64,000 bases of DNA. Origin: the human T2T-CHM13v2.0 reference genome, Homo sapiens. Below the pieces are notes generated by a model, which was not told the DNA's origin, made no database searches, and was given only the letters and a program-made list of their open reading frames with translations. This document shows, piece after piece, positions 30,304 to 45,234 of this stretch. Made by a program: the position numbers and the translations under genes. Position 1 is the first letter of the stretch. The number at the start of each line of letters is the position of its first letter. The stretch is from the NCBI RefSeq assembly GCF_009914755.1, contig NC_060941.1; one strand, 5' to 3'.

Positions 30304-31739
30304 AAGAATAAAATGAGCTTGCTGATTTAGTACTCACTTCCTGCTAGGAAGATACAGTTATCCTCATCATTTAAAAGATGAAGAGCTTGAGGCACCAGAT
30401 CTGCATTTAGTCATCCATCGTCTATTTGTTGAGCACTTACTATAGTCTAGAAACTGCCTCAGAGGAGACAGGAAGGATCATCACAAGGTGGAATTTCTCA
30501 TTTGGTGCAAAGCTAGTTCATGAGGTTCCTCAGAACACACTATTCCCTGAAGCAGATGCTCTTAGATCAAGAAGAAATTGGCAGTGCAGTTGTCCAAGCT
30601 GGCTGATCCTTCCTGCCTGCACCTAGTTGAATGAAACAAACCTGAACAGGATTAGGAAAAGTGCTTTAAATGGTTGCACTTTAAGCCATCCCTTAGCACA
30701 ACTCTTGGCTCATAGCAAAGGGAGGCACAGCTGGCATTCATCAACTGGGAGGACAGCATGTTCTGTCCCACACTCTAAAACCAAGCAGGTGGCTCTGGGA
30801 AGGTCTGTGAGGGTGAGAGAGAGAGACTTCTGCATGGGGCTAGCCCTTTTCCCATCAAGTAGGAAGAACATGAGATTTGGAGCAAGGACAAGGAAAAAAT
30901 AATACCCAATTGAACCTGACTCTGCCACTCACTTGCTGTGTGTTTTTGGCAACATTCCTAACTTCTTAGATCCACATCTGCAGAAAGGATTTTTTGGGGG
31001 GCTAAAAGCAAGTCAGGGATGTACTACAATTTGCCCAATACCTGGTACCTAGCATCATTCTTTTTCCCAGAATAATGTTTCTGTGTTGAAAACAGTGAGG
31101 GTTAAGTGTTATCCTGAGAAGTGGGGAGCAGGTTCAGCCTATGATGCAAAGGGTGGAGGCACAGACACAGCCAGCATTATTCCCCAGAGCTCATGGAGCA
31201 ATCGCCTGGAGCCACCAAAAGCTGTGGGTAAGAGGAGGCAGACATAAGGTCAGGAGGCAGGGCAATTAGTTAAGACAGTGAAGTCCAGCAGGTGCCAGGA
31301 CAATTTGAATAATTCTGTCCAGCTCTGACTGTATAGCCCAGGGCCATGTCTAATGAGCACCCCGTGATTATTGTCTTGTAGAATCGGGTACCTAGAGATT
31401 TCAAGGAACCACTTGGAACAGAGAAACAACTTTCCCTCCGTTGCTCATTTCAGTGACCAGTAACCTTCAAGGTCAACACATTCTTTAGAGCCAACTCCAT
31501 TTTGCTTTTGTTTCAGCTCTCTTCTCATCTAATTCTCTTGGGGCATGGAAAACAACTACTTGCTTAGTCACCCCATTGCACACCGACTATCCAAGTGGAT
31601 AGCACAGTCATGTGCTACATTAGCCAACTAACCTGTCAACAATTAGAGCATGTAGTATCCTACATTAAGTGTTTTGGATGGTACAAAAACAAAGACATCT
31701 GTACCTATGTTTAAGGAGCTTTGGGAATCTGAATTGCAG

Positions 31740-32260
31740 TGCACTAGAACTCATGTTTCCCAATCATCCGTTCAGTACTAGAATCTCCTTAATGTTGCCC
31801 ATGACAAGTAGTCACTCAACCCCTGCTTGAATTCTTCCTGGGACTGGAGGTTGCCTACCACCCAAAGAAACCATTTCATATAGACCTTAGTGCTGAGTAT
31901 GGAGGACAGTGGATTCTCAACAGATGTTGAAGAGATGAAGGCCATTAATTGATGGCTTTAATTGTTTTTCATTCATTCACTAATCCATTTGTTAACACTC
32001 CTTCTCTTAACTTCTATTCTTGTGTGGCTTGGAGCTGCTCAAATATTTGCAAGTCTAACCAGGCCGAACATTTTCAATTCCTCCAAATATTCCTCATATG
32101 GCTTTGTTCCTAGACCCTGTCCTATCCCACTTCCCTCTTCTGGATAATGTTTCTTACAGGATGTGGCACTTAGAATTTAACAAGTTGAAAACACCATATT
32201 TCAGCTGTAACTTGACCAACACTCCCCTTATTCAGGTATATCTGCTTTTATCCAATAGCG
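31740..32260 (-). mobile_element. L3/CR1 LINE relic
   Basis: cccctgcttgaattcttcc...ctaccacccaaag and aattcctccaaatattcctcatatgg resemble reverse CR1. Confidence 0.55.
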
Positions 32261-33256
32261 CAAGAGTACATATAACTACATAAGTGAAAATGTGTTCCAA
32301 ACACATATAACAATTTTAACAGCAGATAATGGGGAGAAGGCTGATGGGATCCACTCTATATGGGTTTTGAAGCCCCAAACTAGAGACACAAACCCAGAGA
32401 AGGGCAGGAAGAAAGGGAAAGCATATGATACCCAACATGGAACAGCATGAGATTAACACCCAAACCACTTGGTGTGAGAGAGTGTTGAGAGTATAGACAA
32501 CTCTTGACAAAGTCACAGAGAAAACCGTTTGACCTTTGGTCTCCTGCAGTCCCTTTTCTGAGCACCTTTCTCCCTCTCAATTCAATGGGCAAGGTGGACT
32601 GACCAAGATTACAGTTGCATTGACCTGAGTTTGAATCCTTGTTTTACCAGTATGTATAATGTCAGAAAAATGCCTTTCTCTCTCTAGGCCTCTGTTTTTT
32701 ATCTGCATAATGGGAACAATAATGTCTCCCTCCTCAGGTGGCTATTAAGGAAGGTAATAGATAGAACCTAGCACAGGGCTGGGAATTTACTTCAGTGTCA
32801 GTTTTTGCACTCTCCCATGTGAGTCTCCATCCTCATTAGAAAACCCTGCTCTGAGTAAAGGCTTTATGGCAGTGATTCACCCCTCAGTGTAGGCCAGTGA
32901 GGTGGTGTAATTCCTGCTGGAGTATGTCTGCTAAGGTGTTAAAGAAATCTTACATTCTAGTCAGGGGGTGGCAGTCAGGCTGGTGGTGGCATTTTCTTTC
33001 ATTTCTTACCAATCAGCTTTCATGAAGCCTCTGAAAAAGCTTCTGCCTGCTCTCTCTCTCCCTAGACCACCTGTCTTTCTCCCTAGGGGTGAGATTTAAA
33101 AGATGCCACCCACAAGCTTGTGATTGTTGTTAGTATGTCTTACCTAAAGGGTAGCATTTCCCATGGCATGATTCTGTTAAGAATCTTGGGCCTCTTGGCA
33201 GTAATAACAATTCCTGAGACTCCAAAGAATTCCTTCTGAGACTCCGATACCTTTTG

Positions 33257-33492
33257 CAAGTGTGTGTGGGGGGAGGAGGGCGTATAATATGTGTGTGTGT
33301 GGGTGGGTGGGTGTGTACCAAGTGTATGCAATGTGAACCAGCCATTGGTTCAATGTGTGCACGGAAATAAGTATGTGTAGTGTGTAGCATGTAGTATGTG
33401 TGTGGTGCATGCATATGATGTGTTCTGGCAGAGAATATGCACCTGGAAATATGTATCGTGGGTTTGTGTATATGGAAAGTGTGCACACACAC
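33257..33492. repeat. Degenerate TG-rich low-complexity tract
   Basis: Directly visible; source of His/Thr-rich spurious ORFs. Confidence 0.8.
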
Positions 33493-33529
33493 AGGTTACT
33501 GTCAGACTCCACTGTTTTCCCCAGATTCA

Positions 33530-34280
33530 TCCCTTCAATTCATCAATCTGTCAGGATTTTTCATTCATTTAACCAACAGTCTTTATATAACATCTATATG
33601 GGCTACACAGTATACTAGGGAAGAGGAGAGAAAGATGAATAAGGTCTTATCTCTGGTGGAAAAAAGATATATAAACAGACAAATTATAGAACAGCCCAGT
33701 TTGTGTGACCCACATGTATAAGTGAGTACAGCCAGAGCACAGGGAGGGCAGTGAGCCATTCAGAGAACTCACAGAGGAAACGGCATATGGTTGGGGTTTT
33801 GACAGATGAACAGGAGTTTCCCCAATGTTGAAATGGAAGAACAACATTTGAAGCAGAGAGAATAGCCTGTGAAAGACTGAGAGTCATGGATAGGCACCTC
33901 ATTTTGAGGGAAACTTTAGTACCTGAAGCATGGGTCTCGTGGGATGTGGTACCAGGAGAGGTAACCTAGGGAACCTGGGGTCCAGACTGGGAAGGGCTTT
34001 AGTTAAAGAGACGTGACTGCAATCATCCCAACAGAAGATGCTGAAGTCCTGGGCTCAGACCATAGCTGTGGGGGTGGAGAGGAGAAAGGCTGGATTCAAG
34101 ATATGTTTCTTAGATACAATTGGCAGGACTGGTGATGGATTATTTGGGGGTGGGGCCTTAACAAGGAGGGAAGAGTTGAGGATGACTCTGAGGTTTCTGG
34201 TTTGGAAGATCCACTAGATAATGTCATCATTAACCAAGATTGAGAAAAGAGGAGGAGGAACAGATTCCAGGGGAGATTAG
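33530..34280 (-). mobile_element. L2
   Basis: ttcattcatttaacc tail; gaggatgactctgaggtttctgg encodes the L2 RT-like RNLRVILNSSL on the minus strand. Confidence 0.8.
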
Positions 34281-34489
34281 ATAAATAACAGCAAGGAGCA
34301 AATCTCCCCATCAGCTTCAAGGACATTACACTATCCAGTCCTCAGAATGAAAATCAGCTCCGCAGTGCCTTTGAATGCCATTCTCTAGTGCAACTTCTTA
34401 GCCAGGACCTTGGAGAATTCCTGTAAGGCTTCAAGGCTCTTCTTCTGGTGTCAGGCTGGGGGGTCTCCTGGCTCATTTTCATGTGTCAT

Positions 34490-34760
34490 GGTAGTTAAGC
34501 ATAGTGATTAAGAGCTTAACCTCTGGATCAGGCAGCCATGGGTTTAAATCTTCCACTGTCACTAATGGATTGTATAATCTTAGAAAGTTTACTTAATTTT
34601 TCTAAGCCTCAGTTTTCTTATCTATAAAGTGAGTATACTAATAGTATACACCTCACAGAGCTACCAGTGGAATCAATGAGTTAATGTATGTAAGAGGCTC
34701 AGGATGGCATCTCACACATAATAAGAATTCATGAAAGAGAAGTGCTATTGTTAGTAGCAT
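34490..34760 (+). mobile_element. MIR, near full length
   Basis: gcatagtgattaagagc...aagcctcagttttcttatctataaa...aatgagttaatgtatgtaa. Confidence 0.88.
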
Positions 34761-36024
34761 GTTTTTTCTTTTTCTTTATTTTCTTTCATGTGTATGTGCT
34801 GGGAGTGGGGTTGGAGGAGACTATTGATCAGAGAAGGAAACAAAGACCAATCTTCTACAATTCCCCACACCGACATTTCTTCCAGAAGATCCCATTAAGG
34901 TTGATGCAGTGCAGTCACCATGCACTGCCCGTTAGACACACAGACCAGCCACGTTCTTGGCCACTATCAGCAGAATATGCATCTGGTCCCTTTCCTGGAT
35001 GTGGGATGGATTTGTGATTATTGTTTTTGGATCTATGACCAGGATCCCTGTCCTGGAACAAAGGCCGGTCCGGGTTAGGAAATAAAGCAAGATTATCTGA
35101 CCCTCTTGGCCACTGTGTTCCAGCCAGCTGAGTCACTCCTTCCCCAACACAGGAGGTGAGTGTGTCCTTACATCTCTGCAGGTCTCTTGTGAGATGTCCA
35201 GACTGTTTGGCTCCAATCCAGGGAACGGGTGCTCTAAGGTTGTGCTGTCCAAGCCTGAATTTCTGGAGCAGCTTCAAGTGGCCTTGAGCATGGATAAGAA
35301 TCAGTCCTGCCCTGGCTGTGTTCACTCTGCTGACAGACAGATGATCTTTCATGATCTTTCATTGTATTACATAGACATTTTCTCTTGCCCATTCCATAAT
35401 CTCCATTTTGGAGGCCAGGAAAGTGTGGCAAGAGAGATGTTTAGCTTGGGAACAGAAACGGTTCATCCTATAAGCTGTCTCCATCCTCTTCCCCAGTCAT
35501 GGCTACTCAGTGGAGCCCACAGAATTCCTTCTGGGCTAGTATTTCAAAGGAAGCAAGTTTTAATCAAGTGTTGAAGAAAGAGAGAAAAGTAATAAAGGGA
35601 ACATAATAGAAGGGTTATGGGCTTTGGAGTCACATGACATCGATTCGAGTCCCAGCTCTGCCATTTGCCGTCTGAGCTTGCCATGCTACCTAACTCTCCC
35701 AAGCCTCTGTTTCCTTACCTGAAAAAGGGGAAAACAAGATCTCTTCTACAAAGCATTATTGTATCAAGTGAGACAGCATAAATAAAAACACTGCTTTGTT
35801 AGCCTAATTTTTATACAACATGTATACAGTTTGATGTCTATTTTTACCTGTTAAATGCATTATGCTCCCAGGTTAATGCTTAGAGGATCTCTTCCTTTAC
35901 CTCTTATTTTGTGTGCCTCCAAAGCCAGCCTCCACAACCCCATCTCCTCATGCCTGAATGTGACTCATTCTTCAAAGTCCAGCTCTAAAGTCAATTCCTC
36001 TATGAGCTTCCCTTTCTCTACACA

Positions 36025-36025
36025 G

Positions 36026-36061
<36 letters not shown>
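36025..36061. repeat. (CA)n microsatellite
   Basis: Directly visible. Confidence 0.9.
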
Positions 36062-36062
<1 letters not shown>

Positions 36063-36829
36063 ACCAGCCCTGGAAGAGCCCACTCCCCCTCTCTATGAAT
36101 TCCCACAGCAATTTATCAGTTCATTCCTTCTGCTGGTTCATACTTTCTACCTTGTGTTACAACTGTGGACTACAAGCTCCTGTCCAGCCACAATTCCCGT
36201 CTGTTATGATTGTAAACTCTGAGGATGGGATTTGTGGACAGTTTGTTTTGAAGTCCCCCATGGTGCCTGACATAGGGTGAGCACTAACGTATATTATCCA
36301 ATTAATAGACAAATTAACATTCAAAGCCTTGGTTAACCAGCCAGAACCCCTCATTCCACCTGTTTTTCTCTCTTCTCCAGATGCACCTCAGAACAGCAGG
36401 CAGGCTCATTCCTCATTCACACGATTTCCTGTGCACCCCTGACCTCAAAGCAATTGCAGTTTTTGTCATGAGGTTTCTTGAGCTCCATGCTCCCATTCAA
36501 GTACTAACCAGATTTGCCCCTGCTTTGCCTCCAAGATCACGTAAGATCTGGCACGTTGAAGGTAGTATGGCCATAGATTTGAGCTCCTTTCTGATGACAA
36601 TTATGGGGGAACTGGATAACAAAGTCATAAGGATATGCAGTACCCAACTACCTGCTAGCGGTTTCACTTGGTATCCCATGAGAGCTATTAATTCAACACA
36701 TTTAAAACTGAACTCCTCAGCCATCCCACCTCTGCCTCTCTCTGGTGCCCACTGCTCCTCCTGCTTTTTTCCCAGCTCAGTGGAAATCTGATACAGTATA
36801 GAGTGTGTCTGTGCACACGCATATGGCTC

Positions 36830-37739
<910 letters not shown>

Positions 37740-40209
37740 CCCACTATCCTTCCAAACACTGGAAAGGAACTTCGCCTGTACTCTCCTGTCAACCCCACAA
37801 CCACCCTTGTCCCAGTATTACCCCTCCCTCGTCTCTCCCATCTGCCTTCTCTGACCCATTTCCACCATCACACCCTTAGTTCAGTCCATCCTATCTTCTC
37901 ACATGGAGCATTAGAAAGGCCTTCAAGCAAGTGTCCCTGCTACATATTCAAGTGCCCTCCAATCTACAACCCACGCTGATGCTGGAGGGACCTTTTTGAA
38001 ATATCAATCTCATCATGTCCCTCCTCTGATTAAGACCTTGAAATGTCACAACAGCTCCTCCGAGTCTTCAGGACATTGACAAAGGAGTCTAAGCTCAAGA
38101 TACTTCATGATGAAGGCTGTAACCATCACCCTAGATCACCTCCTGCCCCTACATTCCCATGCACCCTTTGCTCCCAGCCTACTAAAATACTCCAACATCA
38201 AATGATGCCATCCATCTAAGGAACTTCACATATTATCATCTTCTACCTGGCTTCTCTTGTTCACATAACAAACATTTACTTTCTTCAGAATTAGTTCAGC
38301 TATCAACTCCTTCAGGAGTCTTCTCTGAACCTTCTCCCTCCTATGATGCCCTTCTCTGCACTTTTAGAGGGGTCCCCTAGGCCACAGTACATTTCTACCA
38401 GGGCACTCAGTGCCTTTGCTGCAGGGAGCCATCTCTGTATGACCAAAGCCCATATGGGCACAGAGCAGGTGCCCAACAAATGGTTGTTATCTTTTATTTA
38501 TTTCATCTGTTATATTTATTTTACTTGTTGCCTTTTAATACTTATTTGTATTATTTGGGGCCAGCCAATGTGCTAAGGACTTGCTTGCATCATTTCATTT
38601 CCTTTTCCTACCCACCCTGTCAGTCAAGCATCATTATCTTCCTGGTATTCCCAAGGAGGCTGAGTCTCAACGAGATTAAATAAGTGCTCAGCACACCCAG
38701 ATAGCAAGTGGCAGAAGGGGCACAAGGGAGCGAGGGTCCAGCCCAGGCAGCCGACTCCACCACACTACCAGAATGAATGAAGGAATGAGCCAATCATGTC
38801 AAAGTCTCGCAATTAAAAGTTATTCCCTGTGGTTCACGGTTCATCGGAATGCAAATGGAGACCTCCCCAGTTCCACCTGCCACTTCGATATCGACTTGTT
38901 TCTCATCTAGAGAGAGCGAGTCTTTCTCCCATGGTCCTCATCCGTCACACCCAGCTACATGTGTCTGTGTCAGGGGAGGAGAGGAATGAACACAAATGTT
39001 ATAAACACTAGCAGGGGCAAAAGAGGAGCTATTTTATCTTCTCAGAGCAGAGCATAAAACCATAGCCAGTGCTGTATCCCAAGCTTTGTTTACAGTGTGT
39101 AGTGGTGAACAGAGTCCAGGCAGGGGAGGCACCCTCCCCCACTCACACCCACCCCACACCTTGTTGGAGGCAAAGACCAATTAAAAACACAAGCTGCTCA
39201 GGGAGAGATAAATCAATTTTCATCAGAGCAGCGCTCCTGACACCACCCTGACAAATCAATATCTTTCTCCATAATGGAGTCACTAAAGCTGCAACCAAGT
39301 CACTGGGAAACACAAAGCAGCCTCATAAAGAATATCGTCAAGTAATAAAATATCCAAATCTGAATTTCAATTATCCACTTTAAAGGGCACACTAATATCT
39401 TCAGTAGGGAAGTCCATCAAAAATTCATGGAACCAGGCTCCACCACTCATTCCCAGTCAACAGCTCTGTGGGCATCTAGGGTTCCAATTGCTCCAAGTTG
39501 TCGGAAGACAAGTCTTGCCCAGCCTATGAGAAGAAGGTAGAATCCCCTAGAACATGGCCCTCTCCAAGGGTGATAACAAGCTCTGGGCAGACAATCTGGT
39601 CTATTAAGATTCTCTCTGCTGGCCCTGGAACTAGGGAGAGGATTCATCTTCGCCTGGATTCTAGGCAGGGCAACGAAATGAAGCTGCTGAGATCAAGCAG
39701 AGCTGGCACCATTACCCAGAAACCCCACAGGAACCCGCCCAACCCAGTCAGGAGGAAGGCTTCGGCTCCACTGCAATGTCATTTCCTGCTTCCCTATCAC
39801 CTCCTGCCCTCCCTTTGTAGACTACCAGGGAGGGAGAGGGGCCAGACTCCTGGGGAATGGCAGCCAGCTCCTGGCAGGTACCTCTTGCTCAGCAGTGGGG
39901 GTACCCTGGGAGTCACCTTGTACAGGCACCTACCTCTTGCTTTCCACCTCTGAGTCACCATGACAGTGACAATGACTGCATAGGTGGTGTATTGGCTAAG
40001 AGCCTGGAGTCTACAACCAGATAGTCTAGGTCCAAATCCAGCAGCTGTCACTTACAACCTGAGTGGTCTTGCAAGTCTCAGCTTTTCCGTCTGTGAAATG
40101 GAACAATGGTCTCCTGCTTCTTAGGATCATTGTAACCAAAAGCAACCTTTACTGAAGGCTTGACCTGGACTAGGGATCATTTGAAGCTTTTTAAAAATAG
40201 TAAGTTACA

Positions 40210-40511
40210 GGCTGGGTGTGCTGGCTTACACCTGTAATCCCAGCAGTTTGGGAAGTTGAGGTGGGCAGATCACTTGAGGTCAGGAGTTTCAAGACTAGCC
40301 TGGGCAACATGGCGAAACCCCATCTCTACAAAAATACAAAAATTAGCTGGGTGCGGTGGTGTGCATCTGTAGTCCCAGTTACTCGAGAGGCTGACACAGG
40401 AGAATCACTTAAGCCTCGGAGGTGGAGGTTGCATGAGCCAAGATCATGCCACTGCCCTCCCGCCTGGGTGACAGAAGTGAAACCCTGCTTCAAAAATGAA
40501 TAAATAAAAAT
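40210..40511 (+). mobile_element. Alu (Jb/Sz-like)
   Basis: Full dimer; degenerate TSD aaaatagtaagttaca / aaaatattaaattata. Confidence 0.92.
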
Positions 40512-40954
40512 ATTAAATTATATAATCTTCAAAACAACTGGGTGACATTGGTATTATTTTTCTCACCATTTTACAGACAAGAAGGTTGAGGCACAGAGAT
40601 TATGTAACAGAAAGAATACAGGAAAGCACTTAGCACAGTGCCTGGCACCTTGTAAAACTGTAATGGGTGACATCACTTACTATTACTATCATATTTAATA
40701 TACTTTCTAAGCAGTTTAAAGGCTGCTTCACGCACCGAAGCACCACTGACCTACACAATAGCATTTTAAAAATTCAAAATACTACAAAATAACCACTCCA
40801 ATCCATACACTTTAGTACTGCTAGGGAGATCACTCTAAAACACACATATGGTGATACCACTTCCTTATTTATGGCTCAGACTTCTTAACTTTGCAGCAAA
40901 AGAGCCCCCTTAATCTGATGGGTTTGCCTGTTCAGCTTCAGTTATCATCCCACT

Positions 40955-41346
40955 TACAGTCAGTTCTGGTTTCTGTAACAGAATACCACAGACTAGGTGG
41001 CTTAAGGAAAAATAAACAAACAACAACAACAACAAAAACACATTTATTTCTCACACTTCCAAGTCTGGAAGTCCAAGATCAGGATGCCAGCATGGTCAGG
41101 CTCTTCTTGGGGGCCCCCTTCCCAGTTTATACGTGGCTGCTTTCTTGTGACATTCGCACATCATGGAGAGAGAGATCTCTAGCCCCTCTTCCTGTAATGA
41201 CGCTAATGCCGTCATGGGGTCTCCACACTCATTAACTCATCTAAGCCTAATTACCTCCCAAAGGCCACACCTCCTTATATCATCATATTGGGGATTAGGC
41301 TTTCAAGATACAAATTTTGGGGGATCACCAACATGTAGTCCATAAA
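40955..41346 (-). mobile_element. MaLR LTR (MLT1A-like)
   Basis: taacagaataccacagact, atttatttctcaca, ggaagtccaagatcagg, cctaattacctcccaaaggcc. Confidence 0.85.
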
Positions 41347-42379
41347 AATCCTCAGTGTTCCCCATGTCATAGATCACAGGAAATGTCCTGTTCACCCACA
41401 CATCAGGACTTCTATGTATGTCATCTCTGCTTGTAGTGCCTTTCCTTCCCTATTCTGGAAAAACGTCTTCCCTTCCCTTCCAGAGACACCTCCTCCACAA
41501 AGCCTTACCTATACCCCAGGACAGACTCATGTCCTTCTTCCTCCGTGTCCCCATTGAGACTTGCATGCCCTCACCACAGTGCTACTGACACACAACAGCA
41601 CTGTATGCCCAGTGTCTGCCCCCCGCTTCACAGGCCAGCATCCGCTGAAATGGCCAGGCCTTGTCATTAGTTTATCCCAGGCACCCAGCACAGGTCCTGG
41701 CACACAATGTGTATACGTGTGCGCATGTGTGTGTGGTTTATATTGTTTTTATTTCTAATTAACTTGGGTGCAGATGATGAAACATCATAATCTTGATCAG
41801 AAGACAACTGAAGGTCTTAATGCAGTCTTGGGGACAGCACCAATTCCACAGAACCCACTCTAGCCAGTGTAATCAGAAAAGTAATTTGTTAGAGGATGTT
41901 AGGTAGCTCATGGAATCTCCAGGAGACCAGAGAACCAGTCTCAGAAGGGAATAGACTGAAACGATACCCAAATGACAGTGCCAGACTGTCCCATGGGATC
42001 TCTGTGGCTACCATCTCTGGGCTGGAGCACTTCAGATCCTCTCAGTGTATTTTAATAAATGAGTAAGACGATCTGTAGGAATGATTCCTATCTTATAAAG
42101 GAGGAAGTTGAGGTGTAACATGATTATATGAATTGCCCACAGCCCCACAAGTAGTAGGTTGTGGGATTGTGTTCTCATGCCTAGATGTCTCCACAATACC
42201 ACAGCCGCTAAGACATGGTTTGCGGGTGAGCTGGAGCTTCTGAAACTGAGGATCCAGGTACGAGCTCAGATACCAAATCCTGAGCTCCAGAGAGCAGCCA
42301 GAGGGCAGGGAGGTAACTGTGGAACACAGGAGGCCATGCCCCCCATCCACGTCACTCCCCTTGGTCACACGGCTATCCC

Positions 42380-42720
42380 ACATGTCACAGCCTCCACTGG
42401 AGCGGAGTGGGACTGTGGACTAAGCTTTCTGCTCAATGAAGTGTGAATGCAAGTAAAGTGGGTTACCTTGGGTAGGCACATTCAAGAGCTGGTGTGTCTC
42501 CTCCCCTCATCTCATGGCAAGACATAGAGGACCCAGTGGAGGACTCAAGGCTCCAGGGGAAGACAGAGCCATTATACAGGAAGAGGCTTGGCCCTGAGCT
42601 GTCATGAGGAGGACTGCCTATCAAAGCCTTGATTGGATTGTGATGTAAGCAGAAAGGAAGTTTATTGTGACTAAAGGCTACACCAGTGAGACTTAGGCAT
42701 CATCTGTGACAGTTATTAGC
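42380..42720 (+). mobile_element. Old MLT1 LTR (H/I/J-like)
   Basis: gacagagcca...gaggcttggccctgag...gtttattgtg...cagtgagactt layout. Confidence 0.55.
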
Positions 42721-43151
42721 CCACTCCACTGCCTCATACTCAAAACCAAGCAGCCAAGCCTCATTATCCCACAGCCTGGGGTGGTGGAGGAAAGTACGGA
42801 ATAAATAAAGCACCCCAGAGGTGAGATCTATGCCTGCTTTTCCCAGACTCCACCAGCCTGCCTTTCCTGCATGGGGCTGTTTAGCCTCAGCCTTCTGAAC
42901 ATGCCAAGGACCTCAGTCCTGTACGGCAACATCAGGGAGAACACTGAGAGATGTTCCCTCTTCTCCACTTCTCTCTCAGCCTCCCTAGGGAGTTGGCTGA
43001 TCCATTACCTCTCATCCACTGTCAGGACAGAGCTACCAACTCTTGGTCAGCAGTACCACCGGCCTGCTGCTTAGAGCACAGATGAGGTTCTCTGACTCTG
43101 AACGAAGAGGCAAGGCAGGCACAGGCAGGGGATGGAGGTGGATGGGACCAC

Positions 43152-43312
43152 ACAGTCTTCTCACAATTTAGTGGGCACATGAGTCACCTGGGGACCTTGT
43201 TAAGCTGCAGATTCCGTTTCTGCAGAGCTGAGCGGGGCCTGAGGCGCTGCATTTCTACCCAGCTTCCAGGTGATGCTGATGCTGCTAGTGCGTGAACCAT
43301 GTGCTGAGTAGC
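43152..43312. mobile_element. MER5A-like hAT MITE
   Basis: gagtcacctggggaccttgttaagctgcagattcc...tgcatttctacccagcttccaggtgatgctgatgctgct. Confidence 0.8.
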
Positions 43313-43494
43313 CCGGGCACGTCCCTGGAAAATACACATCCCTGACAGGGAGCACAAGCCTCTTCCCAGATTATTCCACCCTCCAACTCAGGACAGAGGG
43401 GTGCCCTTGAAGAGTGTCTAAGAAATTAAGGTGGGAGGGCCCATGGATAAGCAATGAAGCAGTCTGCCTGTAGGCTCCCAGTAAGCGTTTGCAT

Positions 43495-43880
43495 TTGGCA
43501 GAATCCACAGCTGCAGGTAACAGTCACACAACTCAAATCAGCTTCAGTAAGAGGGGGTTTGTTTTTCGTTATGAGTAAGTTTTCTATGTGAAAGGCCAGG
43601 GGGTCAAAGGAGGCAGTATGAGCATCGGGGCTTTTCAAACTAGAAATGAGGACTTCCTATCACAAGATCTGGGTCTGCCTCTGCATCTCCCTGCCTCCCT
43701 GCCTTGCCCAGTCTGTCTCTAACTCTCATGATTGCTGATCTCTCCTTAGCTTCATTCTGAACTCTATAAAGCAAAAAACAAGATGGTCTTGGGTTTACCC
43801 TCCATCTATGACATTCTAGAATTTGTTCTGAGTCCGTAAAACACCAGGCTCCAGACAATGTGGCCCCCACAGCCAGAGTT
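43495..43880 (-). mobile_element. Old MLT1 LTR (J/K-like)
   Basis: gcaggtaacag...caactcaaatcagctt reverse MLT1 end. Confidence 0.55.
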
Positions 43881-45234
43881 TCAATTTAGTTGTGGATGCA
43901 TCCCCTTTCTCTTCCCAGACCATCAGCCTCTTCCCATTTCCAAACCAGTCATGCAGCAATCAATTTTTCTCTACGTATAGGTAGCAGAATCGAGAGGGAA
44001 GGCATGGAGTGCAGGGACCCCTCTTCTCAGCCTGGACACACACTCTCTCCCTCAGTGGGGCAGCTGGGGGCTTCAGCTCCCCTGCTCTTCCTGCTGCAGG
44101 ATGGATGCAACAGCTCCAGGGAGGAGTCCGATGCCACCTGAGCCCTCCACAAGAAGGGAGGGCTGAACTCAAGAATACAAGAAACTGTCCCATGCAAGGA
44201 AAAGAATATGATAAAAGAGGAGGCTGTACAAAGAGCAAATTCAGGGATCCCTGGACTGGCACTGGCTCAGAGCCAACCTGGCTTTCTCTATGCTGAGCAT
44301 CCCGGGCCTTGGGCAAAGGAGACTGGGCCTGCTAGATCCATGTGTGAGCTCTACCTTATTCTAGCTGTGTGACTGTGGGGAAGTTACTCAACCTCCCTGA
44401 ATCTCAGAGAGGCAAGGAGAGCACACTGACAGCCACAAATATATAATGATGATGATACCACATCCCATGGGTGCCTAACACCTTGTACAATCTTAATAAA
44501 TGTTTGAGAAAAGGAGAATGAAGAAAAGAAGGAGGTAGAGGATGAGAAAAAGGGAATCAAATGGGGAGTAAAAGGCCCAGGTCATGGGTGTGAATAACTA
44601 ACACATCAGAAGCTGTGAGGGTTTATTGGGTAAAGGGAGGCAAAGTAGTCTTATCAAAGTGGCCCGTGGGATTCCACTCTGCCACACCTTGTCCCTATTG
44701 AGAAGTTCAGCTCACCGAATTCCCAGGGACCCCAGGTGCAGGGAGCCTCATAGGACCTGGCAAAGCAGGTGAAGCTGTTCTTGTAATGCATCAAGGGAAC
44801 CATGAACCTCCCTGGTCCCACTGTGCCTGCCTTGGGCCACCCGCTGCAGTGTGGTTCACTTTCCCCTGCAAACCACACTTATTCAATGTGATAGTAGAGG
44901 AGGAGGGACCTGTTTATGTCACTGCATGACCTGAGGGATGTCACTTAACTTCCAAGAGCCTCAGTTTCCTCATCCTTTCAGTGGAGAAGGGAAAAAGTCC
45001 CTGCTCTGCCTACCCCACATTTATGGGAGTAGTTCTAGCACTAGAACTGTGCGCTAGATAAGCAAGTTATTATTGTTACTGCCTCCAGCACTCTCTTTAA
45101 ATGAAGCATTTCTTGATGCCGTGTTACTACATGCAAAAAAGTCAGCATTGGCTTTTTTCCCTTTTTCTACAGAAAGTTTGGGGCTGGAGGAAGAATGAGG
45201 TTGTGTCAGCAGAGGGGGTAGTCTCGGTCTAGCT

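Noticed and set aside
33130-33721. His/Thr- and Cys/Val-rich ORFs
   Set aside because: Products of TG/CA low-complexity sequence.
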